From contig JAFGIW010000099.1 in the NCBI GenBank assembly GCA_016929415.1, positions 953-64,952 of the forward strand: a stretch of 64,000 nucleotides of DNA. Direction: 5' to 3'. Shown here one piece after another: positions 28,520-37,229 of the stretch. The position numbers and the translations under genes are program-made. Each line of letters starts with the position of its first letter. The first letter of the stretch is position 1. The notes under the pieces were generated by a model. It was not told the DNA's origin, did not search any database, and saw only the letters and a program-made list of their open reading frames with translations. The stretch is from Chitinispirillaceae bacterium (GTDB taxonomy: Bacteria > Fibrobacterota > Chitinivibrionia > Chitinivibrionales > Chitinispirillaceae).

Positions 28520-29161
28520 TTATGGAAGGAGGAACATCATACGCAGCGATTTGAAGGCTTCCGCGTATTTCTGATGACAGTATTCGCCGCGGAAGATCGC
28601 CGTGGCCTTCGCCAGATCGAGGATCGACTGGTTGTAGATGTTGGTGCGCATCACCTGCGACCGGTGGGCGCGCAGACAGCGGAACTTGGTGTTCAAACGG
28701 TCGTAGATGTTGACAAATACATTAGGGCCGAAATGGACGGTCGTCGGTCCTTCATAAAAAAGCACGTTGGGGATGAAGCGGGTGGCTGAAACGGCGCAGT
28801 CGCAGGCATAACGGTGGTCCTGATGCGTATCGTTCGCATCGTGGATAAAAACGAATACCGGCTTGACCGTATCGACGACCTTCTGGATATCGGCAATGAC
28901 CGTATCGTGGAACGGAAGCTTGGTATCCTCATAATTGCTCCAGAATACCTCGCTGACACCCATAATGGCTGCCGATTTCTCCTGTTCCTTTTTGCGCCTT
29001 GCGGCGGGAGCGCCTCCCTTCCTGCCGTCGGTGAGGATATGCAGGTAGACATTATCCCCTTTTTCGGCAAACCGGGAGAGCGTTGCCGCGCAGCCGTATT
29101 CGATGTCGTCGGGGTGGGCGCCGATCGCAAGTATATTGATTTTATCGACGGTAGGACGCAT
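28520..29161 (-). CDS. PIG-L/LmbE family N-acetylglucosaminyl deacetylase
   Basis: ILAIGAHPDDIEYGCAATL and THQDHR motifs, 213 aa. Confidence 0.8.
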   Translation of the reverse strand: MRPTVDKINILAIGAHPDDIEYGCAATLSRFAEKGDNVYLHILTDGRKGGAPAARRKKEQEKSAAIMGVSEVFWSNYEDTKLPFHDTVIADIQKVVDTVKPVFVFIHDANDTHQDHRYACDCAVSATRFIPNVLFYEGPTTVHFGPNVFVNIYDRLNTKFRCLRAHRSQVMRTNIYNQSILDLAKATAIFRGEYCHQKYAEAFKSLRMMFLLP

Positions 29162-29301
29162 GGTACGTAGTTCCTGGATGTTTGATACCGATGGGATGTG
29201 TAAAAAATTATACCCCGGTCGCCTGAAAACATCAATGGTAAAATAGATTGCACGGTGAGAATCCCTACGGCATACTAGTATACTAAAGGAACGGTTTCGT
29301 C

Positions 29302-30348
29302 ATGAACATGCAACGGACGGAAGCCGGTGACGGCGTGGACTCGCTGCCGAAAGTATCGGTGGTCATCATTTCAAAAGGGAACCGTGGAATGCTTGAACGG
29401 GTCCTTGCATCAATCAGCCGAACCGATTATCCGCAATCGAAATTGCAATGCGTCGTTTTGGAGGAGACCGACGATCCGCAGCCGCCTCAGCCCTGGGTGG
29501 AGTATTACACCATCGCGGTGAAGCACCGGGGCTTCGGTTTTGCCCGTAACCGCGCTCTTTCCTATGCGCGGAATCCAATCGTCCTGTTCACTGATGATGA
29601 TTGCACGGTTGCGCCGGACTGGATCAGGGAACTGGTAGGTCCGCTCATGGACTCGCAGCAGACCGTCGCTGTGGGCGGCGCCGTATTCGTGCCTCCGTGC
29701 GGGGTTGTCGGTCAATGTGAAAATATCATAGGATTCCCGGGCGGCGGAGTGAAGTACGTTCATGCCGCCGGAGGAAAGACCGTTCGACGGGAGACGTTTT
29801 CCACGTGCAACTGCGCGATCAGGCGATCGGCGATCGATGGCGCCGGCGGGTTTGACGAATCGATGAAGTATGGAGGGGAGGACGAACGGATCAGCCGCCA
29901 TATTGCTGGACAGGGGAATATCCTCTATCATCCCAAAGCGATAGTCCATCATCAGCCGCGAGATTCCCTGTGCGCCGTTTTTGCATGGTTCGTCCGGCGG
30001 GGCTTTGCCGAGGTTCACCATGCGATGACCGCCCGGCGATCATCCCGTTCGATCGCCGCAGGATTTATTCAAAATGCGGTGGTCGTCCGTCTGGCGGTCG
30101 TCGCCCTGTTCGCCGCGGTTTCCGGACTGGACGCGCCGCTGTTCTTTCCCGTCATCGTCATCTATTACGGCGTACTGCTCTGGAAGTTCCGCTGGGCGCG
30201 CCGTTATTATCCGTCATTCGCCACGCTGCTCATGGTTCCCGTCGTACGAACGGTCATGGATATCGGACGGGATTGCGGTATCGTCAAGGGGCTGCTTGCA
30301 GCAAAGGCATCCCGGCCGAAGCTGAAGGAAACAGGGGCATGGCAATGA
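29302..30348 (+). CDS. Glycosyltransferase family 2 with C-terminal membrane segments
   Basis: VSVVIISKGNRGMLERVLASI, LFTDDDC (DxD), FSTCNCAIRR, and hydrophobic C-terminal helices. Confidence 0.8.
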   Translation: MNMQRTEAGDGVDSLPKVSVVIISKGNRGMLERVLASISRTDYPQSKLQCVVLEETDDPQPPQPWVEYYTIAVKHRGFGFARNRALSYARNPIVLFTDDDCTVAPDWIRELVGPLMDSQQTVAVGGAVFVPPCGVVGQCENIIGFPGGGVKYVHAAGGKTVRRETFSTCNCAIRRSAIDGAGGFDESMKYGGEDERISRHIAGQGNILYHPKAIVHHQPRDSLCAVFAWFVRRGFAEVHHAMTARRSSRSIAAGFIQNAVVVRLAVVALFAAVSGLDAPLFFPVIVIYYGVLLWKFRWARRYYPSFATLLMVPVVRTVMDIGRDCGIVKGLLAAKASRPKLKETGAWQ

Positions 30349-31514
30349 CGGCTTCGAGGCGGCGCGTCGGATTTTTCTTCAACCATGCGGCCATCATCGG
30401 CGGCGGGGAGATAAGCTTCATCGATCTGGCCGATACTATTCGAGGATACGGGGTAACGCCGGTGGTCTTCGTTCCCGGCAGGGGGGAAGTTTACGAGCGG
30501 TTATCCGCGCGCGGCATGCGGCCGCATAGGTTTTTTCTGCCGCGGATCCGCTGGTACACCCTGCCGCTGCTTCCGCTGGCGACGGCATCGATCGTCTGGG
30601 CGCTCATGCGGCATGGGGTGACAATCCTTCATGCCAACGGCGCCCGGTGCATGCTTCTTGCAGGCGCCGCAGCCTTATTCTGCAGAATCCCCGTGGTATG
30701 GCATGTCCGGGTCATGGGGCGTGAGGCGGCGCTCGATCGTTTACGGTCGCGGCTGGCGAAGGTCATCATTGCCAATTCCCGTGCGGTTGCACAGACACTG
30801 CAGCCGATAACCGATGTGGATGCTGCGGTGCGTGTCGTCCATAACGGCATCGATTACCGTGAGTTCGCGGCAACGCCGCCGATTGATCTGTACCGTGAGT
30901 TTTCGCTGCCGAACATCCCGGTGGTTCTTGCGGTAGGCAGGTTGTGCGCGTGTAAAGGATTGCATGTCCTGATCGAAGCATGCGGCATTCTGAAAGGAGT
31001 CGGCCCTGCCTTTACCTGTCTTATTATCGGACAGGATGCGCTATACGAGCGGGAATACGGCAGGCGGCTGCGGGAGATGCCCGTGCGTTCCGGACTTGAC
31101 AACGTCGTGTTCGGCTCCTGGAGGAACGACGTTCCGTCAATCATGAAATCCGCCGCGGTGCTTGCGCTTCCATCGGATTCTGAATCCTTCGGCAGGGTGG
31201 TTATCGAAGCATGGGCCTGCGGACTGCCGGTCGTCGCGACCGAATCGGGGGGGCCCGCTGAAATCATCGACGAGGGGGAAACCGGCCTTTTCGTTCCCGT
31301 CAATGCGCCACAGCCGCTGGCCCTGAAAATCGCACTGCTCCTGACCGACAGGAAACTGCACGACCGGCTTGCCGCGAACGGACTCCTCCGGGTGAAGGAT
31401 TTTTCACTCGATGCGCATGCCCGCAACATTGCCGCCGTGTATCAGGAACTCATGGAGCATGTGACCCGGGCATACAAGGATGACGGGCAAGTAAAAAAGC
31501 GCGGGACCGCATAA
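30339..31514 (+). CDS. Glycosyltransferase family 1 (GT-B, GT4-type)
   Basis: ESFGRVVIEAWACGLPVVATESGGPAEII is the EX7E motif. Preferred start is ATG 30339 (MAMTASRRRVGFFFNH), overlapping the GT2 stop by 10 nt. The track start at 29970 lies inside the GT2 gene. Confidence 0.8.
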   Translation: MAMTASRRRVGFFFNHAAIIGGGEISFIDLADTIRGYGVTPVVFVPGRGEVYERLSARGMRPHRFFLPRIRWYTLPLLPLATASIVWALMRHGVTILHANGARCMLLAGAAALFCRIPVVWHVRVMGREAALDRLRSRLAKVIIANSRAVAQTLQPITDVDAAVRVVHNGIDYREFAATPPIDLYREFSLPNIPVVLAVGRLCACKGLHVLIEACGILKGVGPAFTCLIIGQDALYEREYGRRLREMPVRSGLDNVVFGSWRNDVPSIMKSAAVLALPSDSESFGRVVIEAWACGLPVVATESGGPAEIIDEGETGLFVPVNAPQPLALKIALLLTDRKLHDRLAANGLLRVKDFSLDAHARNIAAVYQELMEHVTRAYKDDGQVKKRGTA

Positions 31515-31594
31515 CGCTTCGTCAATCGGACCAGACGAACAACAGCGGCGGCCGGCGGGCGTGGAGGCACAACAATGCCGCACCACCCGATGCT

Positions 31595-32530
31595 TCAGAG
31601 CTGCAGATTGAGAATGATGCTCTCCATCGCCTTCGCATACGGGCTGTCCGGAAATTGCATGATGAAAGGAGTGCGGGCGATGATGCTTTTGTCCATGTCC
31701 GGTTCGAACGGCAGAAATCCCCCGAAGCGCAGGTTCAGCATAAGATAGCGTTTGACGACGCGAGCAAAACGGTCGATGATTTCCTCCTGCTCCTTTGAAC
31801 GCACCCTGTTGATCACCACATAAATATGGTTGAGCGAAGCGATGAACGAAGAGAACGTTTCGGTTTTTTCATGCGACCGCCGGTCGAGGACGGCGAGGAG
31901 CGCTTCAACCGATTGACCGGCGCGGCTGCTCTTTTCTCCGAGCACGTCGAGAATCATCCGGTGGGTCGGTTTGTCGGTGTAAAAAATGCGCAGCAGATGG
32001 CGGTACAGCAGGTTTTTAAGGAAACCGTAAGCGTTTTCGAGCGCTGTCGGAATCGGTTCGAGTATGATGACCATGATCGGCGCGATCGAGAAGTAATCGA
32101 TGACGCGCATGCGGGCGCCGGCCGCCACATCGAAAATGATCGTATCGGCGTCAAGACCCATGACCGCCCTGAAAAAACGTTGACGCTGGGGATAGTTGGG
32201 CCCGGAAAGTGAAAGGCCGCTGCCGGCGGAACTGATCAGCCGGAGGCGGGGAACCGGCGTGGGCAGGACGATTTCCTCGATGCCCATCACCATGGAATTG
32301 AGGTAATCGTCAAGCGTCCGCTGCGGGTAGGTGATGCCGACGAAGGTATGCAGATTGGGTGCTTCGATATCCGTATCGACCAGCACGACCCGTCTGCCCT
32401 GCCGCGACAACGCTATTCCTATATTGGCGGAAAAACAGGATTTTCCGATTCCTCCTTTGCCGCCGCCCACCGAGAGCGCCCGCTTACCCTGGTGCACCAT
32501 AGTTCCTTTCAATAGACGCCGCTTGCCCAA
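31595..32530 (-). CDS. MinD/ParA-family P-loop ATPase (BcsQ/FlhG-like)
   Basis: Deviant Walker A ALSVGGGKGGIGKSCFSANIG, followed by VVLVDTDIEAPNL. The start could instead be the internal ATG at 32500. Confidence 0.75.
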   Translation of the reverse strand: MGKRRLLKGTMVHQGKRALSVGGGKGGIGKSCFSANIGIALSRQGRRVVLVDTDIEAPNLHTFVGITYPQRTLDDYLNSMVMGIEEIVLPTPVPRLRLISSAGSGLSLSGPNYPQRQRFFRAVMGLDADTIIFDVAAGARMRVIDYFSIAPIMVIILEPIPTALENAYGFLKNLLYRHLLRIFYTDKPTHRMILDVLGEKSSRAGQSVEALLAVLDRRSHEKTETFSSFIASLNHIYVVINRVRSKEQEEIIDRFARVVKRYLMLNLRFGGFLPFEPDMDKSIIARTPFIMQFPDSPYAKAMESIILNLQL

Positions 32531-32611
32531 CCGCCTGATACAACGATGAAAAAAAATACTTCAAGCCGCCGGCCGCTTCCACCGCACGGGGACGTACGAT
32601 CAATGCGTATG

Positions 32612-33427
32612 TCAAAAGAGGTCGAAGAGCAGCGAAAAACCGGTCGATGATGAAACGCACTCCCGGTTCTCGCATTGATCGACGATATCTCCTTTACAGA
32701 ACATACGCGTTGCACCGCAGGCGTCGCAGCGGTATTCTCCGGCGATTTCGATAACGGCGCCCCGCGGCACATGCACGCCGTTTTTCGCAGCCCGGCCATA
32801 ACCGATCCCCTCTGCGCCGCGACCGGCGGGAGCTTCGACGACGCCGATTTCGGCGTCGTTATCGGACGCCGCCCCGTTTTCTTGAGACGAAGACTCCGTT
32901 GCCGCAACCGATGCATCGACCGGCTGGCCGACTGGTAACGGATCTCTTTTCGTCCGTTCCGATGTCACACCGGCGCCTGCAGGAACAACGGGTGCTTCTT
33001 CATCCGCCGCAGCAGGGGGTTGCTGCATTGCCGTCCGCCCCTTTTCCGGTGAGGAATCCTGCGGTGTCAAGTTGAGCAGCATTTTCGGAATAGTATTGAT
33101 TGACGAACAATAGGTCAGTTCCATGTCCGGATGCGACAGTTCGAGGCATTGCAGCTGAACGGGATCCTCGGCGATGCTGATCAGGGTCTTTCGCTGGTGT
33201 TTGAACCGCAGGTTCCACCCCTCGAGCCATCGTATAAGTTCCAGACCATGGCCCATTTCACCGCGCAGCTTGATCGATGCCGCAATTTCGGCGGTATTGA
33301 GCGCCTCTTCAAGCTTACGGTCGAACGCCGCCCAGACGGTATCGCCCGGATCGATACTTTCCGTAATGGCAATCAGTTGATGAACCACTTCCTGTCCCCT
33401 CCGCCCCGTTGCCGCGCGCGGGAACAT
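32612..33427 (-). CDS. Hypothetical protein: N-terminal globular domain, Pro/Ala/Glu-rich linker, C-terminal zinc-ribbon
   Basis: The C-terminus YRCDACGATRMFCKGDIVDQCENRECV is a CxxC..CxxxxC arrangement. The low-complexity middle is QQPPAAADEEAPVVPAGAG. No family recognised. Lies just upstream of the MinD-like gene. Confidence 0.4.
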   Translation of the reverse strand: MFPRAATGRRGQEVVHQLIAITESIDPGDTVWAAFDRKLEEALNTAEIAASIKLRGEMGHGLELIRWLEGWNLRFKHQRKTLISIAEDPVQLQCLELSHPDMELTYCSSINTIPKMLLNLTPQDSSPEKGRTAMQQPPAAADEEAPVVPAGAGVTSERTKRDPLPVGQPVDASVAATESSSQENGAASDNDAEIGVVEAPAGRGAEGIGYGRAAKNGVHVPRGAVIEIAGEYRCDACGATRMFCKGDIVDQCENRECVSSSTGFSLLFDLF

Positions 33428-34015
33428 CCCCGCTCATCGGCAGGACGATAATTGTCAAAATACCATATGGTTTATACGGCAGGTGACCGCCGCAACGCGC
33501 TCCATCAGGATTGTCGTGCGCAGAATTGCCGTGGTACCATCGATTATATGATGAAGGACAGGCGGTTACAATGATAAGATGGTGTTGCGCTTTGTCCCGA
33601 ACGGAGCTGTCGGCGGCAGAAGCTCCGCCGGGGTACTCTACCAGGTGCATCTTTTCGCGCCGCGTTCACGGTTGTTTCTGTTTACGGGGGCCCATGGAGC
33701 GCCGGAGAAGTAACGACATCTGCTGCGTCAACGTACCGGCATGTCCCGAATCGCATGAAGATCGGACGGATGGCGTATACTTAGGCAGAGGTAGTGGAAT
33801 CAACGATTTATTGCAGTCAAATCATTGACGCTGAGGAGGTGAAATGATACCATAACCATCTATGCCGGACAAAGCGGCCTCGAACGGCGGTGGACCGCAC
33901 AGGGCAAGTCTGTATTGTCCGGACGGAAAAACGACGGTTGGATCCGGCCGGGAAGAATTGACCATTTGCAAACAACCGTTCATTCGTCATACAACTCATC
34001 ACCAAGGAGATTCGT

Positions 34016-36115
34016 ATGAATCATTACCGTAAATGGCAAGGCGTCACCGTTGTCGGTACCATATTGCTGCTGTCCTCCGCGGGGCCGCTCCCCGGAGAAA
34101 CCGACTTGTCCGATGAAGGAACCGACATGAGTCTCGAGGACCTTGTCAACGTCACAATCACCGTGGCTTCAAAATCCGAGGAGAGCATCGCCGATGCACC
34201 GGGCGTCATTTCGGTAATTAATCAGGACGAGCTGAGACGGTTCGGCGGCACCACGCTTGGCGACATCCTCAAACGGGTCCCGAGCTTTATGGGAACCACG
34301 GTTTACATGACCGACCGCTCGGTCATTGCCTCCCGCGGCGACCAGATCATGGCCTCGTCGAGCCATGTGTTGCTGCTGATAAACGGCCGGCCTATGCGCG
34401 AAGTGCTTGAGGGCGGCATTAAAAGCGAGGTATACGAATCCTTTCCGGTAAGCGTCATCGAGCGGATCGAAGTGATCCGCGGCCCGGGATCGGTACTGTA
34501 CGGATCGCAGGCATTTTCGGCGGTCATCAACGTCGTCACCAAGAGTCCGGAAAACAGTGCGATATCGGTTTCAGGATCGCTGGGAGAGGGGCTGCATAAC
34601 AACGTCATGGCGGATTTTCAATATAGAATAGGTGATTTCGGTATCGTACTTGCCGGACGGTATGCGGACAAGGGGGGGTGGGAAATGGACTGGGAGGCGC
34701 CCGGACTTTTGCCGGACAGTGTGCATCACATCGACATCTCCATTCCCGATTACGGGCCCGGCGCTTACGGGGAACTGAGTTTCAAGGATTTCCGCCTCAT
34801 GTGCGCCTATTATCAATGGACCAATCAACAGTATATTCCCGATTTCGAGTTTTTACACGATCTTCCCGACACAGTCCCCGGGAGTATAAAAGGCCATACC
34901 ACCGGATCGGCAATATGGAAAAAACTCTTCGGCGACCTTGGATACAGCCATACATTCGCCGATTGGTATACCACGAGCATGAATTTCACCTATACGCGAT
35001 CCTTGTTCGAAACGATTGAATGGCCGACGACCTTCAGGGATGCTTTCGAAATCATCGGTGAGTGGACAAACTTCTTTACTCCCATTGAAAATTTCAATAT
35101 CACGTTCGGCGGCGTCTGGGGATTCATGACCGGTACCGAACGGAATGCGAAAATAAAAACGGTTATTTTCAATGAGGGTCATAAACAGAACAACTTCTCC
35201 GGATACGGCCAAATCGATTACCGGTGGGGATGGTGCAAGGTTATCGGCGGCATACAGGCCAACAAGGTGAGAGTCAAGGACAGCACGGGCAATGTCGATA
35301 ATTTCAAAGCCGATTTCAACCCCCGCGGCGGACTGATTTTATATCCATTTGAACATGTCAATATCAAGGCCCTGTACAGCACGGCATACAGGGCGCCGAG
35401 CATCAATGAATTGTACCTGGATCATCCCGAAATGAAAGGGAAGACTATGGGTGTCATAAGCGATATGTGGACCGGGGACAAAACGAACAACGGCACCCTT
35501 AAGCCGGAAAAAGTGCATACGTTTGATGTGGGCGCCAACTATCAGGATGACAAGGTCCAGTTCGGCGTCAACGGATTCCACAGCCGTATGAAAAATCTTA
35601 TTTTTCAGGAACGAACCGGCAGATGGGTGAAACCTACGTATGAAAACATCAGCGAGGTTTCCATTTTCGGTCTTGAATGTGAAGGAAAATACTACCTCAC
35701 CAGGGAGTTTCTGTTCGAAGGCTCAATGCTTTATCAGCAAAGCAATGACGAGAACACCGGCGAAGACAATGTGACCCCTCTTCCCAATTTCAGCGCGAAG
35801 GGCGGCTTGAGTTACCAGGCGGACTTCGGCTTCACCATAAGCGCCTTCAACACCTTCCGGCAGGCGCTTGACCCGAAATACGATTCGGAACTGAATACAA
35901 CGACGAAGCATTTCAACATGACGAACCTGCACTGCAGCTATGATCTGAACAAGCTTTTCAAATGGCGGGCGGCCCAGGAACTCTCTCTTGTCCTGAATAT
36001 CGACAACCTTCTCGACGAGGAGGTCTGGCTTCCGGCTTGGGGGCTCGAGCGCGGGAGCACGATACCGTACAACCAGGGCAGGACGATTTACGGCGGTTTC
36101 AAGGTTGCGTTCTGA
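34016..36115 (+). CDS. TonB-dependent outer-membrane receptor (copy 1)
   Basis: Signal peptide; plug motifs DAPGVISVINQDELRRFGGTTLGDILKRVP and IERIEVIRGPGSVLYGSQA; barrel ending in a terminal aromatic (..YGGFKVAF). AAGGAG RBS. Confidence 0.9.
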   Translation: MNHYRKWQGVTVVGTILLLSSAGPLPGETDLSDEGTDMSLEDLVNVTITVASKSEESIADAPGVISVINQDELRRFGGTTLGDILKRVPSFMGTTVYMTDRSVIASRGDQIMASSSHVLLLINGRPMREVLEGGIKSEVYESFPVSVIERIEVIRGPGSVLYGSQAFSAVINVVTKSPENSAISVSGSLGEGLHNNVMADFQYRIGDFGIVLAGRYADKGGWEMDWEAPGLLPDSVHHIDISIPDYGPGAYGELSFKDFRLMCAYYQWTNQQYIPDFEFLHDLPDTVPGSIKGHTTGSAIWKKLFGDLGYSHTFADWYTTSMNFTYTRSLFETIEWPTTFRDAFEIIGEWTNFFTPIENFNITFGGVWGFMTGTERNAKIKTVIFNEGHKQNNFSGYGQIDYRWGWCKVIGGIQANKVRVKDSTGNVDNFKADFNPRGGLILYPFEHVNIKALYSTAYRAPSINELYLDHPEMKGKTMGVISDMWTGDKTNNGTLKPEKVHTFDVGANYQDDKVQFGVNGFHSRMKNLIFQERTGRWVKPTYENISEVSIFGLECEGKYYLTREFLFEGSMLYQQSNDENTGEDNVTPLPNFSAKGGLSYQADFGFTISAFNTFRQALDPKYDSELNTTTKHFNMTNLHCSYDLNKLFKWRAAQELSLVLNIDNLLDEEVWLPAWGLERGSTIPYNQGRTIYGGFKVAF

Positions 36116-36194
36116 AATGCGGCACGACGGTATGAATGACAATGTAAAGTCAAAGACGCGATACGGTTCGGCGATGGCAGGGGAGGCTTTTCTC

Positions 36195-37190
36195 ATGAGG
36201 CTTCGACGCGGTTTCCTCATGTGCGTATACCTTCTTGCCGTTTCAATCATTACGTATCCTGCTGCTCAGACTCTTTATCCGCTCCTGATCCTGTTACCGG
36301 ACGGCGAACTCTTCGAAGCGGCGAAAACCGGTCTGGAAAAGGAACTCAGAAGTGAATTCGCCATTTCGACAATGGAAGTCAACGATGCGACGAGGGTCGC
36401 CGATATCGATAAAAAAATCGCGTCGGTTGCGCCCCGTGCGGTTGTCCTCATGGGCAACAGTTCGATCCGTCTGTATGCCGGGTACGCCCATGACCACAGG
36501 GACGAGACCGCCTCCCTGCCGGTCGTTGCGATCCTTGCGCTTGACATCAAACGGGCGGTAGCCGACATCGGCGACGTCCACGCCATAGCCTATGAAACGC
36601 CGATGGTTACGGCGCTTGTCAATTTTCGCCGCGTCATCAACAAGCCGGTTGCGACCGTCGGAGTCGTCTATCGTGAAGCGTTCGAGGAGTTCGTGACGCA
36701 ACATACCGAGTATTGCAAAAAGGAAAAAATAGCCGTAAAAAGCATTTTGATCGGTGATGACGCCTCCTCGCACCAAAAAGAGATTTCCAAAGCGCTGAAA
36801 CAGCTGGTGAAAAAGGAGCGCGTCCAGGCTTTTTGGGTGCCCAACGACAATATTCTCCTCAAGCCGGAACTGCTCATGGAGGTGTGGCTTCCCCTCTTTT
36901 CTGCGCAGAAAGTGTCGGTCATCGTGGGGGTGGAGTCGCTGGTAAAACCGGAGCTGAATTTCGGGACCTTTGCCGTGATACCCGATCCTGTGGCCATGGG
37001 CGAGCAGGCTGCCGGCATGATTGCCGATCTGAAGGATGAAGACTGGAAGTTCGACAGCACCGTCGTCTACCCGGCGATTTCGATGTATTCGGTGCTCAAC
37101 CTGAAAAAAGCCGTTAGTGTTGCAGATGTTAAAAGCATTAACGTGAACGAGGTGACCCGGGTGCTTTCGGAGAAGAAGAAACAGCGGTAG
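36195..37190 (+). CDS. Periplasmic substrate-binding protein, ABC_sub_bind (PF04392)-like, with no adjacent permease or ATPase
   Basis: Signal peptide MRLRRGFLMCVYLLAVSIITYPAAQ, with GGGGAGG upstream of ATG 36195. Pattern VGVVYREAFEEF..QAFWVPNDNILL..VIVGVESLV..NFGTFAVIPDPVAMGEQAAGMI matches my recollection of that family and needs HMM confirmation. Confidence 0.6.
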   Translation: MRLRRGFLMCVYLLAVSIITYPAAQTLYPLLILLPDGELFEAAKTGLEKELRSEFAISTMEVNDATRVADIDKKIASVAPRAVVLMGNSSIRLYAGYAHDHRDETASLPVVAILALDIKRAVADIGDVHAIAYETPMVTALVNFRRVINKPVATVGVVYREAFEEFVTQHTEYCKKEKIAVKSILIGDDASSHQKEISKALKQLVKKERVQAFWVPNDNILLKPELLMEVWLPLFSAQKVSVIVGVESLVKPELNFGTFAVIPDPVAMGEQAAGMIADLKDEDWKFDSTVVYPAISMYSVLNLKKAVSVADVKSINVNEVTRVLSEKKKQR

Positions 37191-37229
37191 AGGCTTCCGG
37201 CGGTTGCCCCTTGTAATCATGGAGGTTGT

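Noticed and set aside
29970-30338. N-terminal extensions given by the ORF track (29970-30338, 40381-40479, 44603-44764, 47692-47790, 55889-56119, 7851-8081, 6187-6288, 23845-23901, 23970-24068, 56921-57007, 36105-36194)
   Set aside because: These extensions overlap the preceding gene or encode implausible sequence. Internal starts with a Shine-Dalgarno-like motif and a sensible N-terminus (signal peptide or domain start) were preferred.
33896-33960. c-di-GMP-I (GEMM) riboswitch suggested by CGCACAGGGCAA upstream of the first TBDR
   Set aside because: Only the opening string matches. I could not find the ACGCAAAGC junction, a GNRA tetraloop/receptor pair or a closing P1 helix, and no terminator-type expression platform follows. 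Kept only as part of the long-leader observation.
33428-34015. Cobalamin or other common riboswitch upstream of a TonB-dependent receptor
   Set aside because: No B12 box (GCCACTG-type core) or other riboswitch core that I can recognise is present on either strand.
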